Of a DNA stretch of 64,000 bases, positions 36,095 through 48,660 are shown piece by piece. A program made the position numbers and the translations under genes. Below the pieces are notes generated by a model. It did no database searches, had not been told where the DNA came from, and worked only from the letters and a program-made list of their open reading frames with translations. How positions within the stretch are numbered: the stretch's first letter is position 1; each line of letters starts with the position of its first letter. The DNA is taken from NCBI GenBank assembly GCA_949358305.1, contig OX442314.1, forward strand, positions 15,810,001 to 15,874,000. Reading direction: 5' to 3'. The DNA is from Strigamia acuminata (taxonomy: Eukaryota).

Positions 36095-36906
36095 ATTTTG
36101 CTGTTTTTTAACTATTTTTAATTTAGAAGAATAATAATATTTTTAATAACGTACAACAATAAATAAGTTTTAATTTGATTATATTAATTGTTTCAAAGAC
36201 AATAAAATATTTTCTTATAACAGGAATTATTATCGATAAAAGAAATTGACATACATGTTTAAAGTCAAAAGGTTTCCCTTTTTAACCCATTTTTTTTTTC
36301 ATTTATTCTTTATTTATTTTATCTGAAATGCATAATCTGTTCTTAATACAATAATGTAAAGTTAGAATATTGGCACAAATTTAACTGATTGTAAATTAAT
36401 TTTTTAATCAGAAATGAATGATGCGCAATAACGGTAGTGCACTAAGTCTCGGTTACTTAACCATACATTGTAAGATCTTCAACAAATAACAGTGGTAAAT
36501 GCTTTAGTTTTAGTATATTAAGACACTTAAATAAAATAGAAATATCTGGGAGAGCGGAGAGGCATGGACAATTGTTGGAAGTTATTGAAATCTTTGCATT
36601 CTTTGGCCCCATTCTCACAAACTCCACTTTGTGAGATTTAAATTAGATAGCTTTGATTATATTGTACGATGAAATAAATTATTAATACGGATTAGTTACT
36701 GGAAGTAACGAAATCTACCGTGAAACGAGATGCTAAAATGCTAAAATGCTAAAATAGGAACTTGGAAATAATAATGAACATCAACAATGAATTTAAAATA
36801 CAACATAAAATTTAAAAAAACCATAAAACGAGATAAAATTTAAAATGTTAAAAACAAATAAAACGAAAAGTTATGATATAAGGTCCTGAGTAGTTCCGGT
36901 CGATAT

Positions 36907-39900
36907 TTAGGCGTACATTGTAAGTTTAATCCACTGGAATAAAATAGAAAAAACACCATTGTGACATACTTTAAATTTATTTTTTTTAAATTATATTGCA
37001 TTACCTCATCCAATTGAAAAGTGGCACGGTTGCTTCCTGACGGATCCTTCTCTTTGAATAGTTCTGAGAATACGACGATAAATGTATTAACATATTAAGA
37101 AATCCGTTGCGGGGATTTTAATTTTACCTATTACATGTTTAAGCTTGACAGCGCACATGATGAAATCTTCAAACGTCATTGTGTTGTTTTTATTGGCATA
37201 TCGGAGTGTTAGTACTTTAAGTACGTGCGCATTCAAATGGTAACCTTGAAAGGAATTTTTAAAAATTAATTAAGAAAGTACTACACTCCCAGCCGCGTAA
37301 AATGACCATGATATTTTTTTTATAGATTCCCTTGGCTATGATTAAATTAGGTTAGCGTGAACATTTTATATGACCAGGATAGTACATCGTTTTCAGAATT
37401 ACCTGAAGATGCGAGTGCGTCTCTTAATTGAAATGTCGTAAGACTACCGGTGTTATTTTCATCGTACATCTTAAAAACTCTTTTCCAAGTGGCTATATTG
37501 AACCAGAGGGATTTGAACTCCTCCAATGCTAATTTTCCCGAATCATCTTGCTGTGTGTTTTGTCAAGTTAACATTTTAATTTTCATAATTTAAAAAGTTC
37601 AAATATAAATTTTTAAAAGATACGTCCATCATTGCGACCATTCCGCGACAGAGGTTAATTCCGAAACCGGGGAAATCAAATTCTGTTAAATTAATAAATT
37701 GCAATTATTAATAATTTTCTTAAACTTTGAATTAATTTAAAAAAAAAATACCTTTCTTGAGAACAAAATCTAAAACTTCTTTCAATTCATTGGCGTCAAC
37801 TTCCATATCTTCACCCGCAATTCTTTTGAAGCAATCGCTTATTGCATCTGCAGTGCCGGCTTCAGCCGCCTTAACTTCGTCCACCTTTTTCAAATATTAA
37901 ACATTATTTATTAGAAAAATAGAAAGAAAATGGTTTTCCTATCGTACCACATTTTCATCAGCCTCGTTTACTAAAATTTCGTCATCGTGTTCACTTGAAA
38001 ATTACAAAACAAAACGAAAAAAAAACATTTTAAAAATTGATATTTTGTCCATGCTAGCAAATAACTAACTGCATCTCGTGCTTCTTTTCGCTGTATACTC
38101 TTAAGATAAAATCCCCTGGTTGATGTGGCTCAAACGTTGATGGAACGACGCAGTATGTTCCAGGCGCTAATTTAAATCGTTGACTCACTTCGCGTAAATT
38201 AGTGAACGAGTCAACTTTAGCGGTAGATGCTGTGTATTCGAAGAACTTTCTTGGCAGAGGACGAGGCGCTGAATTTGGATTTTTTAACTAAAAGTAGAAA
38301 ATCCAAAATCTAAAAAAGTCCTCTAAAATATATGTATATATATTTAACCACATACGTGGTAAAGAACAAATCCAATTGTAAGTGCAGCTATTCCCATTTT
38401 CCTTTTGGCTCGTCGATTTTTCTGCATCAGCGATACAATCATAGTGCACGTCTGCTCATCTTCCTCCTCATCCGGGTCGTCTAATGTGATTCTGTATTGT
38501 GGATTGACGGCAAAAGTTTCTAAAAATATACAATTTTATTAGACGATAAGCGAAACAATTAAAAGTTGACTTACCTATGTGATTTCTACATCCTCCAGCT
38601 GTGACACCTTTCACCCAGGACCCATCAAAATTATGCGTTTCCCAGCACTTTTTTGGTTCATCCAATGAATCAGGGCTCAAATTGCAAATCTCAAGCTCGA
38701 CAAAGTTTTTAAGGAAATCCGCAAACGACATCCTATTGGTCATAACAATTTTATTCAAAACTTTAATTGATTTAATTGATTTCTTACCAAAACTCCCCAT
38801 CCGCTTCAAAAGTGATTCCAAGTTGATCTTTTTCATCAGCAGGAATGTAATTCCATTCCCGAGACCTACAACATTTATTTAACCATTTCAGATAATTAAC
38901 AGTTACCTAACTTGTAAGTAAATGCGAAATGTTTAATAACTTGTCGCTCCACGGTCCGTTCCATTCAGCTTCGTTTCCCCATGGATTTCTGATTCGAACC
39001 AACGGAATCTTGCCACTTACGCGTGGGGTTTTAATATCCACCTGACAATTCACAACACGCTAGTTAATAACTCTAATTAATTGACATATTCCGACATAGT
39101 AATCACCATTTTTACACACGTTACACTGTACGCGTGACCCTTAATTAACCCGTTTGGCAATCGAGCTTCTAGTGGTTGACCTGCTTCACCCGGAATAGAG
39201 CATCCCATTAAAGATGATCTGTCGTACGCTTTCGACATGATAGTAAACAAATTCGGAGGTGCCTGAGAAAGACTGTACTCTTCGGTCAATCCTCCCGTGA
39301 AATCGCACATTGCCTCGGCCATCTTCCCTGCTTTAAGGGATTCGTAGGAGCCATGAAGCCTTAATTAAATTTAGAAAATGTACCGTATTTATATTAACCT
39401 AAAAACTGTATTACTTTGCGTAAGCTTTCTCTAATAACGCGCTCCAAAATTCGTTGTTGTCTTTGGATTGAAGAAAAACTAGTTTTCCATAATAAGTGGG
39501 CAAACGGTCGTCGACAACCACATCAATCCATTTTCCGTACTGCCAAAATCTATACGAAAAAAAAGTAAACACGCAATTGAATGTTTTGTTTTTTGGAAAT
39601 GGGTTAATTGCAGTACCTAAAATGAAATATTCCCGCATATTTTTTGCTGCGCATGAACCCTTGGTCAGGTGGTACAACGCGATGGAATAGCTCTGTGTTT
39701 AAGGTCAAGTTGGCAACAGCAGCCAACAACCAACAATCTCCTGTTGTAATTTAAAATTAAAACTTTGATTAATATCTCGATCTCAAAGTAGATAAACAAA
39801 CAAAATGTTGTACTCTTGTTGTTTTAATTTAGAAAGAAGTTTAAATTCGTATTCTCTTACTCCGTGCCAAAACCAATTGCTTCCATGAATGTACAATTGG

Positions 39901-41369
39901 CAAACTCTTACTACTTCTTGTTTCAAATTTCAACAATATAAATCACTATTGTCAGAGAAGTAGATTTAATTTGAACGAATCAAACAAGTGGAAGTCGTTC
40001 AATAATCATTATTGACTTTTTAGTTGGTCTGATTTGTTCATTTCAGCAAAAAGTAAATCAAACAATTGTAATCAATTTAAACTTGTCTATGCAAACATCT
40101 AGAACAATATGTATCAAATCAGATGAGAGAATAGCAACGATCTGCTGATGTCGAGTGGTATTAATAACTTATCCATTTTAAATGGACATTAATCATTATC
40201 CAAGTGTAAATCACTTACACATTTCTACTTCTATATTTAAACAAACATTCTCTCTGTAAAATATGTTTTAAACATGTTTAAATGACTTTTCGAACCCGTC
40301 TGGTGTTCTCTCTTACCCAATTCTCCTTGCCGAACATCGAATCGACTTACACCTTCAACAAAAAAGTGAGGATCGTCAACTAGTTCCTAAAAATTAAAAT
40401 GTATTGAAGATAAGTATATTAAATATGAGCAAAAACAGGCATAGAAAATAGCAACAAAGATTATATCACAAGTGCACATCTGGTAAAAATATTAATTTTT
40501 GTGCCTTGAAAGTTCAGTTTGTATTACATTACCAAAGGCAGCTAGCTACTGGAATTTAATTTATTTCTCGAACTGAAACCACAAGGACAATACAGTTTAA
40601 ATATATTTACCCCAGGTCTTTTCCATTGGAAAGGTCTCGGTAATTTCTTGCTGTAAAATGCATTTTCATCAACCGCATCAAATGTCTTGTCTTCAAACAA
40701 ACGTCCTTCTGCGAAACACTGATCGCGAATTTTTTCGAAGTCTTGAATTTCAGTTCTAGCTCTGAAACCCGATCCCTTCTCGCCAAACTGAAATAAAGAA
40801 GGATTTGCCATCACATCTCACGACACATAAACATAATAAAATCTAAAATACATTCAGCATTAAGTCAATACATAGCGGATGGAGATTGATAAATGTGACT
40901 AAATAAACAACATTATTTTCCTGTTTAGAAAGTTTTGTTATTTAAATTTAAATGTTATCACGTCTAATGAAAAGAACGTCTTTTAACATCCTGTATTAAA
41001 AGGAAGTGTTAATCTGGAGACACGCAAAATTATCAATTTAATTTTTAAAAAACATGCATTTTTATTATTATGTAACAGTCGAGCCTTGATATCCTGGCAC
41101 ATTTAACTTGGTCGTGAAAAAAAAGAAGAAAAAAAAAACACTATTGAAACTCCACCTGGGATCCAGACCTCCGCACATTTATCTGATATTAATATGAAAT
41201 TACATTCATCAGTTTTTTTTATAAAAAAAAATAGAGTATTCTTCAAATAACATCACATCGGACTACATTTAACTGAATCCAACTCACATACCTTAAAACT
41301 ATCGGTTTTCACAGACAGATTTTGACCTTGTTTGGATGTGGTAAAGGTCCACGTTATGTTGCTGGACAT
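36907..41369 (-). CDS. Classical calpain large subunit (CysPc protease core, C2-like domain III, penta-EF-hand); first exon uncertain
   Basis: Catalytic triad motifs [19 protein letters not shown] and [55 protein letters not shown]-hand exons; ends WIKLTMYA*. Candidate first exon 41292-41369 splices in frame to 40787. Confidence 0.93.
37551..37623 (-). other. Probable U12-type (minor spliceosome) GT-AG intron in calpain
   Basis: Donor GTATCTTTT, branch-like TAACTTGAC just upstream of an acceptor lacking a pyrimidine tract (AAAACACACAG); junction MVAMMD|QDDSGKL. Confidence 0.75.
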
Positions 41370-44306
41370 GTTTGAAAACACAGCCAGCTACAACCCGTTC
41401 AACAGCGCTGTATTCATAAGTACAAAGGCTATGGAAGTCTGCGCTGTTTTCACTTAAGTTATTTATCCAAATGAAGCTGTGTGGCAGCACTGACTAAAGA
41501 TAATTTTTTTATCTAACTGCCGGGAAATAAAGTGTAACCAATCAACCAACCACAGTGTTAGAAATTACAGTCAAACATGTCACCACATACAAGAAAAGCA
41601 GGAAGCGATTTATTTATAGTTCGAGTATAGCTCCCAGATGGTGCAGGTTTGTATGACTCGTAAAAAGTTATCTTGAAACTCTGAAGTGACTCACATCATA
41701 CAAAATTTTAAATGTTTATCATCCGTTTGCAATGAATTCCTAATTGGATTAGTTTGTTTATTTTATTACATCATGCTTTATCTGATAATCAAAAACCGTT
41801 TGACCATCAAACAAATTTCGCCCACTAAAATGGGTTTCATTAAGGAATTAATATTTAAAAGCTCTCTGCCCTCTAGTCTAAAAATGAATTTTGTTTACTG
41901 TTTTTTTTTCTTAACTGTTTTAGTACTAACATTTTTATTTTTGGCCTTGGTCCAAGAGACCAAGACACGTTCTTTTTTATAGTGCTGGATATCGATAATC
42001 CTTTGTTTTGAATGTCTTTTTTAATTGTTCGAGCAACGACTATTGATAAGACATGGACTTGGCACACAAATGATTTTCATTCCAAAGGTGTAATCTTGCT
42101 TATCGTTTTATTGTGAGCGCATGAGCGGCGTAAAGGCCTGTTTGAAGTAGCATACATAGTTAAAATAATCTTAAAATAGCATCACATTTTTATCCACACT
42201 GATTCATTCACTGAACAGATTTCCTGTAATAATATAATAGCACATGGTCATTTGCGATAATTTCATAATATTTATTTCTTTTTAATGAAATTACAAATTC
42301 ATTTTTCAGCCGGATCCAATCTGCAATTTATCGCTGATATAAAAAAGGATCTAATTTTTTTACTATATGTTATCACACGTTTTAGGAGTGTAAAGTATTA
42401 ACGATATCCCTTTTAAGGACTTTGGTACAATTGCTGATAATCAGCTTACTGTAGAAATGAAAGGATGCTATTCAGAGCTCCACCCATTATTAAAAAATAG
42501 CATTGATTCATTTCATTTTCAAAACTCTTTCAAAAGGGTTTAATTAAGCAAATGGAAATGTGACATATAGCAGAAAAATACGGATAAAAAATGCTGAAAA
42601 TGGACTGGTGCCAGTCACATTTCAACATTGCACACACAGCGCATTGCAGTACATGGGCAGTAATGTAAATAGGTCAATTTTTAAACCTCAACATCCAAAA
42701 TTGTTGTTTTTATAATTATTATGTAGTAAAAATAAGAATAAAAATAAATTTGTTTAGAAAACTTGAACAATATTTATTTAAATTGTTGGCATTGAAAAAA
42801 CGGATGCAATCAACAAGTGACTTGCCACATTCCCACTTACGAGAGTCAATATTCATTAAATGATTTCCTATGACCATTTTGGTATGTTTCTACAAATGTA
42901 CTGATAAGATCCTGACTAAATTGACAATAGCACTGAAAATAAATGTCAAGTGCAGTCCCTCGATGGACTTTCCACTACATCCAACCCGTATTGCACTTTG
43001 GGTGCGCTTAACCACACATCTATCTAGTTAATTACCCCCATGGAGATTTTACATGATGTGAGTGCTTGTAGGATGCTCTCCATTTTTTCTATGTATAGAA
43101 GTGTATACTTTTGGTAATAAAAACTCATTAGGGGTGTATCATTTTAAACAATTTGAAATATACTGCTAATTTTTTATTTTTTTACACTAAACAATTGTTT
43201 CTTTGAGTAATTTTGTTGTGTAATAAGTAATTCTCTTTAAATGACAGATTTTATACTTTTTTTTGCACACATAGCAAACCAAGCGTGAGTTATCAAGGTC
43301 AGCTTTCCTGCATCACTTGCAGTTCTTCACATATTAAATTTCAGTGAAAAAAATTTTTTTAAACATAATAAACTCAATATGTCACATTGGTGGATTGAAA
43401 TCTCTCTCCTGTGGAAGAAAATAAAGGAGTATTTCTGGACCACACATTGAGTGTTCGCTAAGGTGTTGCCCGTTACGACATCTAAGCTTATATGCGATTC
43501 ATTGTCTGATGATTTCTAAATTATGACTAATTTATGCGATTGAATTGAGTTATGATGACTTACCAACCATACTTCATGATTGTTACACTTGTACGGCATT
43601 TTTCAATTGCACTTATGAGGAAAATTTACTTCTGCTTCCTACGAGGAGTTTCCCAGACGAGCGTGAGCTTTAATGCGCGTGCGTTGAATTCATTGATTTT
43701 CCTAATGACGTCACCGGTTTGAGTCATAAACACAAACATGAGAGACGAGGAGACATGGCATTTATATTTTTTTCTTGCAGAGAACACCACAAAACATTAA
43801 CAGCAAGTCAGCAAATTGCGTAAAAGTAGAAAAATGCTAATAGAGTCATATTGCTCAATTAATTTTTTATTCCGCTAGCAGCATCAGTTGTATTTAATAT
43901 GCTGCTGTGTTTCTGTTTCCTTTTCTTTATAGTTATATAAAAAACTAAAATAAAGTAAAAAATACCGGGGAAAAAGTGAAAAAAGTGTAAAACTTGTGTG
44001 TTACTGCAATAAAATTGTAGATTAAAAATTGATGAACGTGTTTTGTTTGTTTGAATGAGTGAAAAAAGTAATTGCAACAACAAATTAACAATAATTATCA
44101 CTAGGTGGAAAGTACATGTAATGGCGCAAACCTTAGAATAAGATGAAATTTTATGTGTGTAGAAACGAGTTGGAGTCACGGGACGGAGCGAAAATTAGAG
44201 CGACGAACGTTTAAATCTCTTTCTTTGACGATTAAATCTGAGAATTAAGAGAACATGCCCCTGACAAGCCAACTGCTGAAGAAACGTACTTCCTTTCCTT
44301 CGCAAG

Positions 44307-44654
44307 ATGAAGCTGGTATACTATAGGCTTAGAAATTTAAACTTTTAATCAATTGCATCTTGTTCATATAAGAAAAACGTGGTGCCGCCACCCAAACGAA
44401 AAAAGCTTCCACCTGCTAAAGTACTGCCACCAGCAGCAAATCCAAAACGTCCTCCGTATAAACGTGTGACGACAACCGATCGTCAAACCAGTGTTACTCC
44501 TCCAGCCAGAGAATCCTCGTTTAATGCTAAAACGATTTTCTTGACTTTTATTGGAATATTTGCAATATGTGCTGCAATAGCAACAACAACCTGTCTGTTG
44601 TCCGGTACTAATCTTATGTTTCGGAGACTTCTGCGGTTTTTGGGTCATTTATGA
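44307..44654 (+). CDS. Hypothetical small protein: Pro/Lys-rich N-terminus plus transmembrane segment; structure uncertain
   Basis: ATGAAGCTG|GT (44307-44315) splices in frame to 44373 (KNVVPPPKRKKLPP...TIFLTFIGIFAICAAIA); a further acceptor lies at 44672. No family recognised. Confidence 0.4.
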
Positions 44655-45559
44655 TGCGTGTTGTTTACCTAGGAAAAAATTCGGAGTTTGTCTATATTTA
44701 ACATGTTTTTTCCGTATGGTATGGACTGGCTTCTTACAATTGTTGTCGCCATGATGTTACTTGTACAAGCACTCTGTATCATTTCTTATTGGTTAATGAA
44801 TTAAAATTTTCTGAGCTAGAATTTTGTATTTTATAATAAATTATTTTATTTTTTGAAATCAATATTTTTTTACGCAATTGCTGTAGTCATCAAGTCGAAT
44901 AATAAAAACATATTTTTAATTTGAAAATACATCAACTCTTATTACATAGTTTATTAGTCGTTGTTTTGGATTTATGATGTTTTTACACGTTCGTAGCAAA
45001 CTTCTGTTTGTTTTAGTTATCATTACAACATTATATATATAAGAGATATTTTTATACAAGTCTTTATATTACATTGCTGCGGTTTTTTATATGAAGTCAT
45101 GTTTGTATTGCTGAATCTGAAGCTGAAGGTAGTTCGAAATGCAGACTTTAAACAGATATAAATATTAAGAACGCTTCCTTACAATGCACAAGTAACAAAT
45201 CAGCTTTTCGATGTGAGAAGCCTGTTGTTGCGTAATAAGATGGCGATTCGGAAATATTTGGTACCATACAAGAATGCAAGGAGAAATTGTATGCATTTTT
45301 CTTGATTATTTTATAGAGAAACATTTTTTTTCAATAAAAGGTACTACAGAACATTGCAAAATTATGAAATAATGAACCCAACTCAATTGAATTCTTCAGA
45401 CAGATATTAGCGTGAAAAGCTGTGCCAAATATTTAACTTTATACTAATAAAAGTGCTGATCGAAGAATTTTCAATATATAAGCAAGTAAGGTGAACAAAG
45501 TGATTGTAACATTATTGTTTCACTCGTAATGTGAAAATCTTTACTATATTCCCACAGAT

Positions 45560-46039
45560 ATGGCGTTTTCAGACGTGTCTGGGTATCGAAAATGGCCCAA
45601 AATTTCCCTCAAGAAATTTTCTGCCATCGCAATTGGAATTATGGCACTTACTGTTATTGCTATTGCTATTATTGCACTAACCGTCCTCACAGTTGTCATG
45701 GTCGCGTGTTCCATCGTTATCCTACTACTAATATTCGCCAATTTCTTTTTGAACTTGACCAGATTTCATTTTGTTGCCAAAATAATAATAATCATTGAAC
45801 TGTTAATGCTGTGCACGGGTGCGGCGATTGCTGCTTTAATACTTTTATCAAAAATTTCTATGCAAGATATGATGATTTTTATTGTAGTCTTTATATTAAC
45901 TGCCGTTATCCGGATGGATATAATTTTCGAATTCGGTTTATGTTTTGCTTTTGTACGCTGGTACGTGCTTACGTCGTTTAGTGCGATTGTATTTGTAGTT
46001 TTTGCATTTTCTGTTACATGCTCGTTGTTAGCGAATTGA
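45560..46039 (+). CDS. Hypothetical 159-aa multi-pass membrane protein, single coding exon
   Basis: ATG-TGA ORF just after an acceptor-like TTCCCACAG; four or five hydrophobic stretches; AATAAA-like signals downstream near 46145. No family recognised. Confidence 0.45.
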   Translation: MAFSDVSGYRKWPKISLKKFSAIAIGIMALTVIAIAIIALTVLTVVMVACSIVILLLIFANFFLNLTRFHFVAKIIIIIELLMLCTGAAIAALILLSKISMQDMMIFIVVFILTAVIRMDIIFEFGLCFAFVRWYVLTSFSAIVFVVFAFSVTCSLLAN

Positions 46040-46265
46040 TCTTTTCATTTCAAATTGCTGTTAGAATGCAAAACAAAAAATACAACCAGTAGAAATATTA
46101 TTGTAAATCAAAGAGTTTTAACTACTAGAAAGAAGGAAATTTATAAATAAATAAAAATTTCAAAACAATACAATTTAATTAGTCGTGTCGTGTCTTTTAT
46201 TTGATTTCAAATCATTTAATTGTGATTTTACAATCAATTTGAAGCCTTTTCTCAAAAAACGTACA

Positions 46266-47838
46266 TCAGTTATCTTCAATGTCTGGCTCCTCTAACGCGA
46301 GCATGGAGTCATCATCTTGTTCCATTTTACTTACAACATTTTTGAATAAACAAGTTTCATATTCTGGCCACGACGATAAATACAAAAACAAAGTCAAAGC
46401 TTGATGAGGTGTCAATTGGCCAAATTCCAACCTGGGATGAATTCCTTCCGCTGCTAATCGATCCGAAGAGCCCGCGATCCAATGACTACAATTTTCAATT
46501 ATTTAACGGAAATCAAATTTTGTGTCTCAGCTTCTTACTCTAGAGTTTCTGCGACTAGTCGTTTGCGTTTCATGAAAGTATGTCGAATGAACGATGTCAG
46601 CTCGTGTAATATATCTGGTGAAACAACATCTAGTAAATGCCTTTTAGGAGTGAGACGCACCAAGTGCATGAATTCTGGATTATCTGGAAACTGATTTCAC
46701 AATCAATTTAAATATACGAGTTCTTCTCGGGTCTATTCTAAAACTACCGTATCTTTAGGTGGAGGAAAAAATGAGGTTCTTGGTTCCTTGTACAACACTT
46801 CAATATCGAATAAAATTTGATATAAGACACTTATGGCCGTGTATTTCCTGTATTTATCTTCTGGTTGAGCTGTCATGTACTATAAGGTTACAAAATAAAA
46901 AATATTTTAGTGACTTCGAACCTTTTATTCTTATTTTTTTTTTACCATGAACTCCTTGTTCGACACGAATACTAAAAATTCAACTCGGCCAATACAAAAC
47001 AGAGATTCAAAATACGGATATCTTCGAAGTATATATCGAAAAAACACGTTCTCTGATGGAGCTGGAGCCACTGCAAAGATTTTAAGAGGAGGATCTAAAA
47101 TTAAATTTAAAAGAGAATTAAATTTAAATCATTTAACTATGTCTTATACTTGATATTTGCCTTCGATCCACGTTTTAGTTGCAACACCGTTCAGCAAAGT
47201 GTCTCGTACACTTATTAAATTATGTCGGCAGGCTGCATCGGATTTAGGAAGTCGAAAAAAATCGCTTTCGTGTATTTCTATTTTGTTTTTGTACGAGTTT
47301 TTAAGTTCCTAATAAAAAAAAGTTATACAAATATTTGATTAAAATAATATTATTATTTACATTTAAACGAGGTAAAAACTCCCGGTTCCTTTCAAAAACT
47401 CGTAATTTCGGAACACCGGCTTCCAGAATGGCTTCAGTTAAAATTCCCGGACCTAAAAATTAAATTTTTTATCAAATACTAAATTTAACATGTTTTTAAA
47501 ATCGTTTACCAGGATTTATTTCAAAAATATACGCATTTTCATTTCTTAGGTCTTCGCTCAGATGTTTGATTATTAAAGCTGCAAAAATAATCAACTTAAT
47601 TAAGAGGGAATATTTCAAGATATAAACGAGTTATTTAACATTTACCTGCTAAACTTTTATTTAGAATGTAAAGACTCATGGCAAAAGTCGTGGGTTTTGC
47701 CAATGTTTTCGGGTAAGTTTTAAGTAATCCATTCAAGTCATCCGATATATGTTTTATTTTATTGTTTTTCCGTTTGGATGGAGCAGTCGACAGTAGCCTA
47801 AATTTCTGCCATTTTAACAGCCCGCGTAAAACCAACAT
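46266..47838 (-). CDS. TFB2M: Mitochondrial transcription factor B2 / dimethyladenosine transferase 2-like, multi-exon
   Basis: Basic mitochondrial-presequence-like N-terminus; SAM-binding-type IFEINP|GPGILTEAILEAGVPKLRVFE; GRVEFLVFVS, ISVLYQILFDIEVL, LVRLTPK, LFLYLSSWPEY. Confidence 0.8.
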
Positions 47839-48660
47839 TTTTATTTTTCACACAGCATAAAAACGAGTAGCCGTGTAACCGCCATTTATTTGGACTTGAC
47901 GTTATAACTCTGAAACTCTAAATATATTGTGTTTTTTAACTGTTGATTGTACAAGTTGATTTATATTTATCACCGTCGCCATAATTTTTATTAGCATTAA
48001 TATGATACGTCTTTGTTAAAACTTTAGACAATAATAAAAAAAAATTTGATCACTTCCGATTCACGATTCCACAATTTCACCGTGTGTGGCGTGGCGTACT
48101 GCGTCAACTGACCAACTTCTACCCTCCGTCTCCTGATTTTCAAGATTATTGACTTATTTCCTTTAATTAATCTGTATTGTGATCAATTAGATGTAAGTTG
48201 GAGTACTAATTCCAGAACATAAACATCAATTCTCCCGCAAAATCAGTTTGATTGTGTGTGTATAGATTGTACGGTAAGGTGAGCCAGTTTGAACCACCGA
48301 AGCATGATATCACTCGAACCACTGAATTGAACGTCGTGGTACAAAAAAACCATAAAGTCTGTTTTTCGGTTTCTCAAATGTCCAAGTGTGTATTTGATTT
48401 TGAGGCGAAGCAAAATATTAATTTAGATTCCATTGTATTTAGCTTTGGATTAATTAATGTTTCGTTCGAAAAAATAATTTTTTGTTTGGCAGATTCAATT
48501 GATTTAAAAATTTAAAGAAAGCTTTCGATTTTTTAAGAAACTTATTATTTCGTATAGTAATTTGTTTAGTGAATTTTTAACGGATCCGGTTAAATTTTTA
48601 TTTTATTTCCGGTTATACAGGTTACACGACCGAGGACTGAAAACGCTTGACTGATTCAAA

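Noticed and set aside
42945..43010. TATTGCACTT (miR-92-like seed) with a partial upstream complement
   Set aside because: Pairing covers only about 9 bp and the rest does not resemble miR-92 or a pre-miRNA stem.
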